Below, piece after piece: positions 1 to 12,647 of a stretch of DNA of 64,000 nucleotides. Below the pieces are notes generated by a model, which was given only the letters and a program-made list of their open reading frames with translations, was not told the DNA's origin and ran no database searches. The stretch comes from Kudoa neothunni (Eukaryota > Animalia > Cnidaria), in the NCBI GenBank assembly GCA_964304625.1, contig OZ199839.1, forward strand, positions 9,747,250 through 9,811,249, in the 5' to 3' direction. A program made the translations under genes and the position numbers. The stretch's first letter is position 1. Each line of letters starts with the position of its first letter.

Positions 1-1942
1 ATTTAGTGTACCTTTTCTGTTTTTTAATATTAAAAATATTTTGAGCTATATATTTTCAATTAATAGTTATTTCATTAAATATTTTAGTAAAAAAAGTATA
101 TATATATATAAATCTAAGATATTTTTCATCATATTTATAGAATTATACATTGTCGGGGGAGATTGGTTTACTAGCAGAATCACAAATGATATTATGAGTG
201 CGCATGCTCCAATGTTAATTTGAATTTTTTATATTTTTAAAAAATATATCCATATTAATTAAAATGTTGTTCATATTATAATCTAAAAGTATTATTGTAA
301 TAAAACAGCGAATTTTCGTTTCATTCATACCAAGTAAAGTATTATATAATTTTGACGCATGCGTATTGTAGATATTACTTAAGTTTAAGTTGAGGCTGAG
401 GGATTGTTATGATTTAATACTTAATTTTTCAAATTAAATTAAAATTTATTCAATATATTATCTTTAGTTTAAACATTAATATTAATTTCTTCCTGATAAG
501 TTGGCGAATAAAGGTCATTTTAATAAATTATTAATAAAAATTCTTTCAACTTTTTTGATTTAAACCAAACGAAATATAATAATAACTATGGAAACATAAT
601 TTCGGAGAGAATTTGTAATAAAATATTTATAAATTAACTAGGATAAGATATAAGTATTGTAGATGGTTAATTTTTATTCGTATTTCATATTATGAATATT
701 TTAAGCTTACTACATAGATAAATTCTACGGTGTATTTTTTAATCACTTATTTATTTTCTCCATTATTAGTGCATATTTTTGCAAAAATATAATTAATATT
801 CCACTTAAATAGACTTTCATATTATGTTAGTCTCAGAAAATAATCATTTCATCAATAATTTGACTAATGAAAACTGTATGGCCTGTAAAATTTAAGTATT
901 CGGATCTATTCTAAACTATTTTATACCGAGAGAATTGCGAAAAAATAACGATTCTAAAACTTTGTATGTAGTCGGCCACAAGTAATTTAAAAAACCGGTT
1001 AGATAGAAACATTAAAAATCATTAATGTAAAAAAAAGGACTTCACTCATAATAAATATTCAAATTTTAAGTGTTTAAAATAAAAGTTTATATTATATTTT
1101 AGTAAATGTGTATATATTTAGCATAAATTACTCTTTCAACAAATGTACTAAAAACTTTTATTTCTGTTGGTCAATTATCACATTTAATAACTTAATTTTA
1201 CAGATTTTTTTACAGTTATTATTAAATTGAACTTATCCATAAGATGAAGATAAGCATTTCTATGAACGCTGTTTCAATAGGCGAAACTATGCGAAGCTGA
1301 TCCGACAGCACCAAGCAAGATTGTAATGAGAATAATTTTGAAAGTACTTCGCATTATCTTCTAGGCGACTGATTTAATAAATTTAAAAATGAACAAAATT
1401 GCTTCAACGTAATTTTTAAAACAAATTCATAATAAAATTTGGAGTCGGATTGTTTAGGAAAAATATTATATTTAATTATTCTTTATTAGACGATATAAAA
1501 ATATACAGATTTTTTGAAGAAAATATTATTTTTAGTTTTTAAAAATAAATAAAGAGATTATAGATCAGGCTTTAAAAAAATCGCTAAATTAATTATTATT
1601 CTTCCCGCAAACTATTAGTTAGCTATCATTCTGAATTATATATTAACAAATATTTCTAAATCTAGAAAAAATCCGAAATCAAAATTATTTTCTTATAAAT
1701 TATCAACTAATGTGATTTTTTTATCAAACGGTTACAATTAACCAATAACTGGAAAAAATATTAAATTCAAATAAAATCACTTATCTCACTTAAATATAAG
1801 TTTCAAATGATTAATGTTATAGCATATCTTTTAAAAGGAAAAATAAGAAAGAAAAACTAAAAAAACATGAAAAAACACAAGTTAACAAAATATTTCAGTT
1901 GATCACTCATCGAGTAATTAGAACTGTAAAATAAAAGATGCG

Positions 1943-3002
1943 TTAATAATCAAGGTAATCTTTGACCCTCTCAAAGAAAATCAGAAATATAGACCCAGTA
2001 GTTTTGAGGATAAAAGTGAACCAATAATAGACGAGATAGACGGCCATATAGTCTCTAAAGAGAGTATTCTCTTTATAATTGAAAACATCGGACAAGGGGA
2101 AAAAAGTAACAATACAGCAGGTTCCAAAATCCAAAATGACTGAAGTAAAAATTAGTCTCACATATTAAAATGTAAATGCGTATTAATTACTTGAAAAGAC
2201 TAACAAGGTTATTGTAAAATCTTTATTAATAACTACACATGCTTCGAGAGCAAACACAATCATCACCAGAAGAGTAATGAAATAAAGAGCGAGGAAAAAA
2301 GTCTTCACAATGATAGACATAATACATACGTCTCTAACTAAAGAAAAAAATTCAATGTCACATTACAACAATTAATACAGTACACATTTCATTTGACCAC
2401 ATAACAAGACTAAAGGCGCGATTATTATCTAAAAAAATTAAAATACATTATTTTTTAAAAAGTAAAATTATACGTGATATTAGAGTTTCATCTAAAAAAT
2501 ATCGTAAATATATCATTGAAGATAATAAATCGAATTACATCTCGTGCCAGAAGAATCACCTTTTATTTCTAAAGCTTGTTTCACCAAGGAAACTAAAAAA
2601 ATCAATTAATCAATTCTGTGGATGAATAAAGTTAGTCACACCTGCTCCCATTTCTTTATAATTGTAGTTATATGCTAAAAGAGTTTGATTATTTTTTGGA
2701 TAAATACCTACAATTTACCTTGATTTAGATAACCTAATTCGGCATAACAATTTGTTTCGCCGCCCTCTTGTATACATCCTGAGAGAATGCCTGACATAAT
2801 GGCACTTCCGGATAATGTAGAATAATCTTGATCTTGAGAATCAATTTGAACAAATTTGACGGCGATGTTGGGTACTATAATTTGTAATATTGACGCCACG
2901 AAAAATAACACCAGTCCAGTCACACTACACAAAGTAATGATTATCAATCCAACAGTAAATATACCAGAAAGTTTTTCTGTTGTTGTAAATTTTCGACAAC
3001 AT
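1943..3002 (-). CDS. Four-TM claudin/PMP22-superfamily-like membrane protein, 7 exons including 33, 54, 18 and 45 nt microexons
   Basis: Phase-1 GT-AG introns at 2675-2718, 2593-2641, 2492-2538, 2429-2473, 2338-2383 and 2140-2190 join ORFs 2708..2947 and 1943..2161 into one frame with four hydrophobic segments and a GILSGC-x8-C first loop resembling the claudin G-L-W-x-x-C...C motif. The ATG at 3002 needs one A removed from the A4 run at 2990-2993. Confidence 0.65.
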
Positions 3003-3249
3003 TACCACAAGTTTTCACTTCTGATATAATTAATAAGGATTAAGCTTATTTTATTTATTGCAGGTAATGAGCTAATTAATCTAACAATTAAATTAAATTT
3101 CGCTTAAAGATAAATATATTATAGTTAATCGTTTATTCATTTTTTTATTCATTGCGTCAAGTTTTTAGCAAATAACCACCATAATGGGCGTGTTAACTAA
3201 AAAAGCATTAATTAGAAGTTATTTCTGATCATGTCAAGTAGGTGTGAAA

Positions 3250-4596
3250 CCAATGGAAGACTATATACTGTGACCTTATCTATTTTACTATGGCATATAG
3301 GAACAATGATAATATCAGTGTGTGAATCTTTGTTCGGCCAACACATAATTCGACCTTAATCGTAAATAAAATTGTTTGATTATCTAATCATAAAATTTTA
3401 TGGTACTTATCTTTTTCATAATGACTACACTAAAGTATTGGCCTAGGTATCGATATCTTCAGAAAACCTCTTCTCTAAGCAATATCCAATAAAATTAGCC
3501 TTCGTTTTCAACCACAATATTACATTGTATATTAGTGAGTGTTTAACCTAAAAATCTAGCACCCACCCATAAACCTAGTGTATTTTAGATTCTATTAACT
3601 GTTTTATTAATCGTTATCCAGTGGTATACCATTTGTCAAATCCGATTATTATTTTAATGAATAACGTCACGAAACCGTCAGCAAAAGATATGATAATTTA
3701 ACTAAAAAGGTTATCCGACTCTTTTATATATTTTAATAATTTCTTAGATCAAAAAAAGGTTTAGTTTTTTGAGTTCTGAAGTATTCATTAATAAATATTA
3801 AAATCAATGAACTGCACAAATGTCATTAGTGATGAGTTTAAAAAGTGAATCATATTATGGGTAGATTAATTTTCATTCATTATCCTTTGTAGTAAGCTTC
3901 AAATAGTCATGTAATTGAGCTCATTTACATAATCACTCGTTATTTCACATAGATTTTTTCACGTTCACAACCACCATAGCTGGTATTAAAAACAAAATTG
4001 AGATTGTGTCTGATTTTACTTTGTCAACTAGACTATAAAAGTTGGTACGGCATTTTTTTTCATGATAAAAATAGGATTAAATATAATGGGTACTCATTTA
4101 CTTCGAAATTTCATCATATAAAAAAAACTATATAATCCGATTTTTAAATCGGCATTCATCGGTTTATTATTATTAATTGAAAATGTTGAGTTCTTTCGTG
4201 CATTTGCATCATAACGAAAAATTATTTTTAACAAATAATAACTCTTCCATTATAGTTCATGTATTGAATATATCTGTATGTCTGTATATATATTTTTTAT
4301 ATTGTCGGAATTAGTCGGTTATAAGGCAATTTTGTGTAACGAAATATTTATTTATCTCAAATCAAATTAATATCAATATTGTCAAATCCTCTTTAAGGAT
4401 TCATTAAAAATTTAGAGTCTTTTTGATTTATTTTGTTGCAATGACATTATAACATTCATCTTTTCTACTTCCTTCGATTAAAATATTGATTTATTCCATT
4501 GTCAAATAAAACTTATTTTTACTATATTTGGCTTAATTCTAATCTCTATTTCGCCAATTCGTCATAATCATTTTATCATTTTCTTAAGAATTAGGG
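3250..4596 (-). mobile_element. Highly decayed piggyBac-like remnant
   Basis: AGGG-TTAA terminus at 4593-4600. Minus-strand IGFDKWYTT near 3620-3650 resembles the piggyBac DN(W/F)(Y/F)TS motif. Left boundary approximate. Confidence 0.35.
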
Positions 4597-4989
4597 TTAA
4601 AATATAGAATAACGGCCGTAGTTTCCGATTAAAAATTATTCGGTAATGCAGAATTATTGCGTACTGCAAGGACACTACGCACTTTATGACATTATAGCAA
4701 TGTTTCCTAACAAAAATAAATAATTATATTATTTATAATAAGTAACATTTGAAAATGTTTAATCTAGTAAAATTATTATTAAAAATATGACCTAGAGACA
4801 GAGAAAATTTGACAGTATGCTTACAACGCACTAAAAATCCTCCAATTGGGTCCAACAGACCCAACGGCATGGTTAGTATACAGTTAAGAAAACTGAGAAA
4901 GTATCTACAGTTAGATAATAAAGTTAAAATAATAGATTATTCATATGAAATTAAAAATACAATTGTTATGATTTGTTTTAAGGATTTTC

Positions 4990-5960
4990 TTCGGTAGTTG
5001 GGTTGAAAATAACAAATTCATAGGTAAATCCGATAATGTCTTTCCTGAGATAATTTCCTCTTGGAATGGTCAACTGTTAAAGTTGGTCGATAATTATGAT
5101 TCAAAAGATATTTTTGATTTGGATGAAACTGGACTATTTTACCGGCCAAGAAAATGTAAATTATCATTTAAATTTGCATCTCTATGAGGAGTTTAATGTA
5201 TAGTTATGCATTTAAAATGAAGGAAAACTTGCGCGGCTCTAAAAAATCCAAAGAGAGAGTAACAATTGTTGTGATCTACTCGATGCCAGAAAAAAGACTC
5301 TTATTACTAATTCACAATCATGAAAAACCTTGATACTTCCGTAGAATAAAAGACTTCCCTATTACACTAACAAGAAGACTTTATTTTTTCAAATATATGA
5401 CGGTATAAAAGCTGAAATTTCTCAATGTAAGAAGAGAATCATATTATTTATTAAAAATTTCCCAGCTCACCGAATGCTAAATTTTTCGAACGTTCAATTC
5501 TGTTTCCTCCGCAAGAAACAACCAGTGTATTTAAAATAATTAGATCAAGGTGGTATTAAAAGTTTTTCATACAATTACAATAACCATCTGACGAATTATT
5601 TAATAAATAAAGTTACTGTTAATTCCACGAATGTATTTGATAACATATTAGGTAACGGTCCTCCAGGTTTACTTGATGATATGTACATGATGAAAGAAGT
5701 TTGGAAATTGGTGAGGGAAGAAACAATCAAAATTTGTTTTTTGAAGCCATTCTTTTTAATAATTGAGATCAGAAGGCATCAATCCTTCTATTGGAAGTAA
5801 TTCCCCAGAAAATCAACTTGAAGATTGTGATAACGAAGAAATTACTTTGTTCAGAGGTAAAGAAGATAACTATGTTAACTCAATAAATAATGAAGTGAAC
5901 GCAATGAATGAGTCGTTTACTGATGAAAATTATAAAAAAATGGAAATATTTATTCCATTA
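4990..5960 (+). mobile_element. Decayed pogo/Tigger (DDE_1) transposase remnant
   Basis: Broken frames read DIFDLDETGLFY, GSKKSKERVT and LDQGGIKSF. Possible 48-nt intron at 5156-5203. Boundaries approximate. Confidence 0.65.
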
Positions 5961-6168
5961 ATGAAGTCATTGAGCATTTAAACAAATTAAGAAAAAATAT
6001 TTTTTTCGTAACTTATCGATGTTATAAAATACAAAATTGAACTTTGCTATCCTTAAAATAAGAGACATGATTCGTACAAGAATGATAAAATAAACGACTT
6101 TTTTAGAGAATTTATATATTTTCGATTTGTTGTTATGTATTTTTAAAATTAACCTTCTATATTCTATA

Positions 6169-7778
6169 TCTATATACATAATAAAGTTCTTATGTCTGTC
6201 CGTGTGTGTGTGTCAGTTTGCAGTAATACGCACGTGTCACGGAGAAATTTTCCTTAAATATAGCTGTAAATTTGTATCTGAATAGATAAAACCATTAATG
6301 AAAACCGATCATTCACTTGGAAGTATAAATATAGTTAATAACACATTCCAAAGTAAGGAATTTTCTGGTTGTCTACACAAATAGCAGATTAAAAACACCT
6401 GTATAATATTGATGTTTGTTTATTTCTGATTGATAGCCAAATAAAATGAAATTTTACTCATTATATAGAAACAGAGTCTCTTAATTATGGTATAGAATGT
6501 TCTAAAAATTTTACGTATGCCTGTTGGGAGCAATTTTGAGACAAATAAAACTATTAACGTCACATTTACAAGAGTTGTCGCATTTCCCTTAAAATTTGAA
6601 GTAAAAACAAGTTATTTTGTATGTATTTTCTCTTTTCGAGCGTCATGGATATAGTTAAGCAAAATAGATTATAATCATTTTAAATAAAACACATAATTTG
6701 AGTCTCTATATGCATCCTAATTATTCCTTACCCCAGACCTTGAGGTTAATATTCAAATCAATATACTGTTTTCTTTAGGCCCGCATTAATTCATTATGAT
6801 ATAAAAGCTGCATAAAAATACACCCCCCTCTCAATGCGTGCCATGTAAATTAATAATAAATTATTGGTCTATTAGATCTAACCGATATTTTCGCAAAGTT
6901 TTCGTTAATCTAAGAATAGTTCAATACGAAGAGATTTTTTTAGGGCAGTCAAACAGTACGTTAATTTTTAAAAGGGTGCACTCTTTCAAGAAATCTAGTT
7001 AATATTTAAATATCTAAGCATTACTGTAATTTTTTAAATCAAAAACACCTTTACATTTTTGATTTAATCGTATTTTGTTAATTAAATGTGTATATTTTTG
7101 AACCAGTAAGTATTCTTGATAAAAAGCAAGGTTGGATTTATTTATAAATAGGGGAATTTTGTTACAATAATGAGTACGTTAGTTACTGCTCACAGCTTTT
7201 CAAACCATCATTGGCATCATTATAAAATTGCGATATAAGGAGTAACAATTACTGTTTATATTTTGGAGGTATCTTAGGTTGATTTTATTTTTTTTTATCG
7301 TTTGTAGACTAATAATAAATTTTATAACTAGAAGGATTAATTTTTATCTCAAAATTTTGAAAGGAACTGAAAGTCCTATTTAAGTTACTTAATGATTTTT
7401 TAATAAATAACTGAACTTTAATCGTTAATTAAATTGCTCATAAAATTAAGGTCATCATAGTTTTGGCCAATAATTTTTGAAATAAACTTAAAAATACTCA
7501 TTAATTTCTCTCAATACCTCTATTTATATTTGAATGGAAAGTGTGCGCATAATTTTGTTTTCTAAATCATCACATTGCAAAAATAATGACAAGCTTTAAA
7601 GTGCATAAATTAAAATAGAAAAATAAAATTAAAAGTTAAAATTTTCCATCACACTGTACCAGGCAAAACTGGGCATTAGTGCTATTTACTTAAAAATCAA
7701 AAAGGCTACAGTCTGCACCAGGTGTTAGCCTACTTATCTGGGAAAGGAAGCCTTCGCGAAGCGGGGCTTTTGCGCTAG
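6169..7778 (+). mobile_element. Non-autonomous or decayed Helitron
   Basis: 5' end A|TCTATATAC followed by a TG microsatellite. 3' GC hairpin AAGCCTTCGC-GAA-GCGGGGCTT followed by CTAG|T. Faint PIF1-helicase-like remnants near 6360-6600. Confidence 0.7.
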
Positions 7779-7893
7779 TTTTAAATATATATCCAGTTAT
7801 CATTAATATAGGAAAGAACATGTAATCGTTAAATAAAAAATACGACAACGCGCCATTATGATATATCTGATATAATGCGGGCGCGAACATGGA

Positions 7894-7968
7894 TACTGCG
7901 TACTGCAGGGGTACTACGCACCTAAAAGTTTTGTCCCGAAAAGTGCGTAGTATTTCTGCACTACTGTA
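7894..7968. repeat. 75-bp inverted-repeat mini element (MITE-like)
   Basis: TACTGCGTACTGCAGGGGTACTACGCAC pairs imperfectly with GTGCGTAGTATTTCTGCACTACTGTA. A related half-site lies at about 4656-4686. Confidence 0.45.
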
Positions 7969-8473
7969 ATTAGTTCAGACATTAATCCTGAATTTTTTAA
8001 ACAAATTATTATGAAATTTTTTGAACAATTCGCAGTAAGATTCTCTGCATTTTATCCAATATAAGTATTGTTGATATTGACGTTATGCATTTGATACAAT
8101 TGAACATCTAATGCTTGCAGAAAATATGATATTCCTATTCTTATAAACATAAAATTAATGTCAGGTAATTATCAAGAAGGAATTTGAACAATCCTTCAAA
8201 CTCATATCTTACAATACTTAAGCGTACCTTACTCGATTGAGAATTGATGCCTTCAGAAATAATTACGAGAGGCTAGGAGTTCAATATAATATTACAGCAC
8301 CTATTACTAATAATAAATAAAATGACGAAAGTAACCTAATGGTGATGTAACAATGATAAATACAACAACTAAAATAATTAACAGGTTCGTTTTTGGTCCG
8401 TAGTCGATGATTTGGATTATGGCCATTATTCTGTAATTCAACCAGAATTAGTCATCTAGACTCAATTTGTTAA

Positions 8474-10775
8474 CTCTTACCTGCCTGAATTTTTGTTTAT
8501 TATTAAAAAAAATTTTTGTAATAATATACATTCTTCTAATATTAAATAAACAAAAATTTGGAGCGAAACATTTTGTTTGGCTAATATTTTTAAGTTATAA
8601 ATTTTGTTCAGTAGACTGAACTATGGGATTTTGTAGTAAAGAAAGTGCTAAAAAAGAAATCGAATTATTATAACAATAGCGGATAGAGTTATCTATAAAA
8701 CAATAATTTTAAGTATTATGTCACACGTAAAAACAATTTCTACCTTTTACAAGACAACAAGGAGCGCCACATATTAAGCAAATTGTTTGGGTGTTTCTTC
8801 CACAACTTCTCCATCTACTTGGCGTAGCCATTATCTCTGAAAATAGCCTACATTATCATATCTAATATGATCTAACAAAAGAGTATTTCTCTTGCGTTTC
8901 AATATAGTAGATTCCATTATGTTTTGTGAACTAGAATTATTAACTGAACGACCACGTTTTCGAGTTTGTATTAATTAATGTTCGGTTTTTATACAATAAT
9001 GATTCACAGATTGAATAAGTGAACGAGAGCAAATCGTGAACTTTACGCTTGTTTACATTATTTATGGAATTTTCCCTCCGGTGGAATAACTACGAACTAA
9101 TGATTAATCTATATAATGACAGTGGCATATCGAACAAATCTAAACCACCCATGTTTTTGTTATATTCCGATACGACAGCTGGACACTCGATTTTAACGCA
9201 TTTTTTGTCGCCTATCATATCTATTTACGTTTGTTAGAGGTTCACTACCAGAATGAGTGGATGATAAATTCACAACTGAGCTATCATACCATCGAGTTAA
9301 TATTAATGCATCAATAGAGCTCCGAACAACGTCAAATGAGCCACCTCCTATTTTCATTAAATTTTTTTTTACCGAGTAAAGGACATCCTTTAATTCTATT
9401 ATTTCTAATAGTCCCCATCGAATATATCCCCTTTTTTCAATATAAGTTGCACTCGGAATGATGTGAATCAGTCGTCGAAATACAGTAGATACCTCCTATT
9501 CTTTGGAAATTGTTCACATAATTTTATTACAAAATCTCCGGAAACCAAACCACAGCTTTCTTTTTCTTGTACAACGGACGATTTTCCACTATAAAAATGA
9601 AAATCTTGCACTATCCCACTTATTCTACATTTAGTAAAAACTTTGAAGCCTCATATGGTCGGTTTATTTGATATATACTGTTTTGTACGGCACTTACCCT
9701 TAAAGGGAATCATTTGTTCATCGACTGAATTTATAATTTATGCTCTTTGGAGTGATTTTTAAAAATGCTTGCCTCAAATGCTCCAAAAAAGGTCTAATTT
9801 TGACGTACCGATCAAACGTTTGGAAAGACTGATCGTTAGTTGCATTGCCATTATTATTAAAATGTAAAAATTTTGAGAGTTGCTCAAATCTGTCTCTAGA
9901 AAGGACATCCGAAATAGGTGCATAATTGAAATGGTTGGACCAATAGGATCGATAACGAGGCATCCGTACATTCCCTATTAAAATTATGACTGCTTAATAA
10001 GTTTAAATTTCTAAATCGTTTGTCTTCAAATTCGAATTATTTTGTGTGGCGTATCGATTTGATTCGTTTACAATTAATTCAATCAACATCAACAAATTGG
10101 TTGAATTAAATGATCTAACTTTTCAAATTCGTCGTTTATGTTTCTCAATTCCTCTGGTAAATTTGAACTGATATCTTGTTTCTTCCATTGAAGGTCAGTG
10201 TCAATTTCAGCGTTAGAATTATCGGATGATGAACATTCTTCCGCATCTGAAAATTTGTTCAATATTGATGATGTTAACGTTGCATCGTCTTCAGAATATG
10301 TATCCGCTTCGGATATGTCGACATCAGGTAGCATTTTAATTTCCAAAGTTCTTTTTCCAGTTTTATTCTCACCATTACAAATGTCGTGATCAATTAGGAT
10401 TGTCCAAAAATAAATTCACGTGTTCCCGTTATTCAGTTTACTAACTAGACTTAAAATCGTATCATTTCAGATAATAATAAGTTTCTTAAAATTTAAGGAA
10501 GAAAATTTAATTAGCAACAACATATTGTAATTTTATAAATTTTTGATCCAAGAAATAATACATTACTTTAACGACAAACGTTCTATAAGGAATTGAACAT
10601 TGTTAATGCAATTTACTATATATATAACATCTTAAAAAATGTAATATTAACGATTTTTATAGATTTAATTGATTTAAAGTTATGTGATTTTTACGAATGG
10701 GAGACAATAGTTAAATGTTCATTTTAAACGAAGGAGAATTTAATATTCAGTATACCGCACAATAAGCTTAAAGGG
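8474..10775 (-). mobile_element. Decayed piggyBac transposon (PGBD2/3-like transposase pseudogene)
   Basis: MPRYRSYWS...SRDRFEQLSKFLHF, DEQMIPFKG, YNKNMGGLDLFD and a C-terminal Cys-rich finger, with stops and frameshifts. Degenerate ends TTAA-CTCTT (8474) and AAGGG-TTGA (10775). Confidence 0.85.
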
Positions 10776-11868
10776 TTGATAATCTCGCTTTAATTATGAA
10801 ATAGATCAATTTTTATTATAATTATTATTATTATTTATTATAATTATTATTATATGAGGTTATTTTATTCAGAATATTTAACTATAAATTGGTTATTTGC
10901 GAGGTAAATAATATTCAAATGTAATTAGTCTTGATAAATTTAATTATTTCCGGCCATAAAAAGCATGATAATGTGTGAGAAATAATTAAATATATAAAAT
11001 TCTGAAGAATTAAATCTATGTACAGCTTAAGAATAAAAGTTGTTTTGAGTAAAAACTTTTTTTGTAGCATGCGTGCATGTCGTATAAAATTAAAATATAC
11101 CACGACAATAATCTCTGTCACTTTTAAACGTATACGATTGAATCCGAATAAAATGGATTCAAATTTTGAATTGTTAATCCGATATATTGAACGCTAATCC
11201 CATTGTTGGAATTATTCTCCAAATTGAAGCATTTTAATAGATGCTTACGTTTAAACACTCATACAGTTTCGTATGTATTAGTTTAATTATAAAATCGACC
11301 AAATTGGACCTTTTTATCTTCTATATTTCTTTGTTTTGCATAGTTGGTTGGATTAGGAGGTATTAGACAATAAAACCTAATCAATATGGATTAGACTAGA
11401 ATTCACACCAGCCATAAAGTTGAAACTTTCTATTAAGAAATGAGCCTAACTATGTCAAATTTTTACTACATCTACAATGTCGTTGAATATCAATTAAGTT
11501 TATCTAAGCAGCAGTAAACGATTATAATCGATTTTAAAGTATTAGAATCTTTCAGATAATAATCCTTAAAAAACAAAAACTTTTTCTTAAATGTTACAAA
11601 TATATAGGAATGATTTCGTCTTTTTGTATTTAAAACTAGGTTTCTCAACTTAAAAACCAACATCTTTCAACAATGCGGTACAAATGATATCACCCAGCCC
11701 CAGGAGGCCTTGTTGACACAGACCACACAATAATAGTTCATTCATAATTAATTTAATTGGAAAATATTCATTTATTTCTTACAAAAAATTGGAAAAGCTC
11801 CAGCAACCAATTCCTGCGAGAATTGTACAGATTCTTCTCGTCGGTTGGCTGGCTATTGAGAATTGATT

Positions 11869-11883
11869 AGAAGATTCTAGAAT
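11869..11883 (+). promoter_or_regulatory. Heat shock element upstream of sHSP-1
   Basis: AGAAGATTCTAGAAT is a perfect nGAAnnTTCnnGAAn. TATAAG follows about 12 nt later and the ATG is at 11952. Confidence 0.85.
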
Positions 11884-11951
11884 TGACAAACAGTGTATAA
11901 GCTGCTCGAAAGCGCCGTGAGTACAGTTGTTCCTGGATTAAACCAGAGATA

Positions 11952-12647
11952 ATGTGGCCAGTTGTACCTAGAAGCTATTTGGTTGCTAACTATTGGGATG
12001 ATATTCCAGACGTTATGGACGTTGCATTCAGGTGCCCATGTGAAGACAAATTCTTTAACAGTCTATTGGGCACCCCTAACGATGACATATTCGTTGTTAA
12101 AGTCTACGTGGGAGACTACACGACTGAAGATGTGAATTGTCGTATAGAGGGAAACAAATTGATGGTGGGAGGAAGTCACGTCCGTGAAACCAAATACGGC
12201 GTGGACAAGAGTGAATTTACTCGTGAATTCGACCTACCAGCAAATGTACTCAAAGATACCCTCCGTCATTATGTTACGTCGGACGGGGTTCTTGTGATCG
12301 AAGGCAAGAAACACGTCGATGTGAGATATCCATTCCAGGACAAATCTGACAAAGAACATTTTGAGGTTGTGGTTGATGTGGAAGGTTTTACCGTCGATGA
12401 AGTCTGTGTCAGTCTCCACCAGAGAAGTTTGATTATCGAGGGAAAACATTCACTTGAAAAGAAGACCAAAAAAGGAGAAAAGACTCAAACTAAATCTTTC
12501 AAACGTGTTGTCACTGTCCCGATTGATGTGGATGAGTCTACATTGGACCTTGTTCGCAATAAGGACAACTATCTAGTGGTCAAGGCGAAACGCAACCCTA
12601 AAGACGCTTTGGCGGGACCCACACGTCTATCTATTAAGCATGAATAA
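11952..12647 (+). CDS. Small heat shock protein with two tandem alpha-crystallin domains (sHSP-1), intronless
   Basis: 231-aa ORF. ACD1 contains EFTREFDLP...SDGVLVIEG. ACD2 contains FEVVVDVEGF...SFKRVVTVPIDVD...DNYLVVKA. Confidence 0.92.
   Translation: MWPVVPRSYLVANYWDDIPDVMDVAFRCPCEDKFFNSLLGTPNDDIFVVKVYVGDYTTEDVNCRIEGNKLMVGGSHVRETKYGVDKSEFTREFDLPANVLKDTLRHYVTSDGVLVIEGKKHVDVRYPFQDKSDKEHFEVVVDVEGFTVDEVCVSLHQRSLIIEGKHSLEKKTKKGEKTQTKSFKRVVTVPIDVDESTLDLVRNKDNYLVVKAKRNPKDALAGPTRLSIKHE

Noticed and set aside
2976-3004. 29-nt intron as an alternative 5' end of the claudin-like gene
   Set aside because: Shorter than every other intron here and leads to no upstream ATG. Not fully excluded.
4591-4600. 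TTAGGG telomeric motif
   Set aside because: Single unit, better explained as a piggyBac AGGG-TTAA end.
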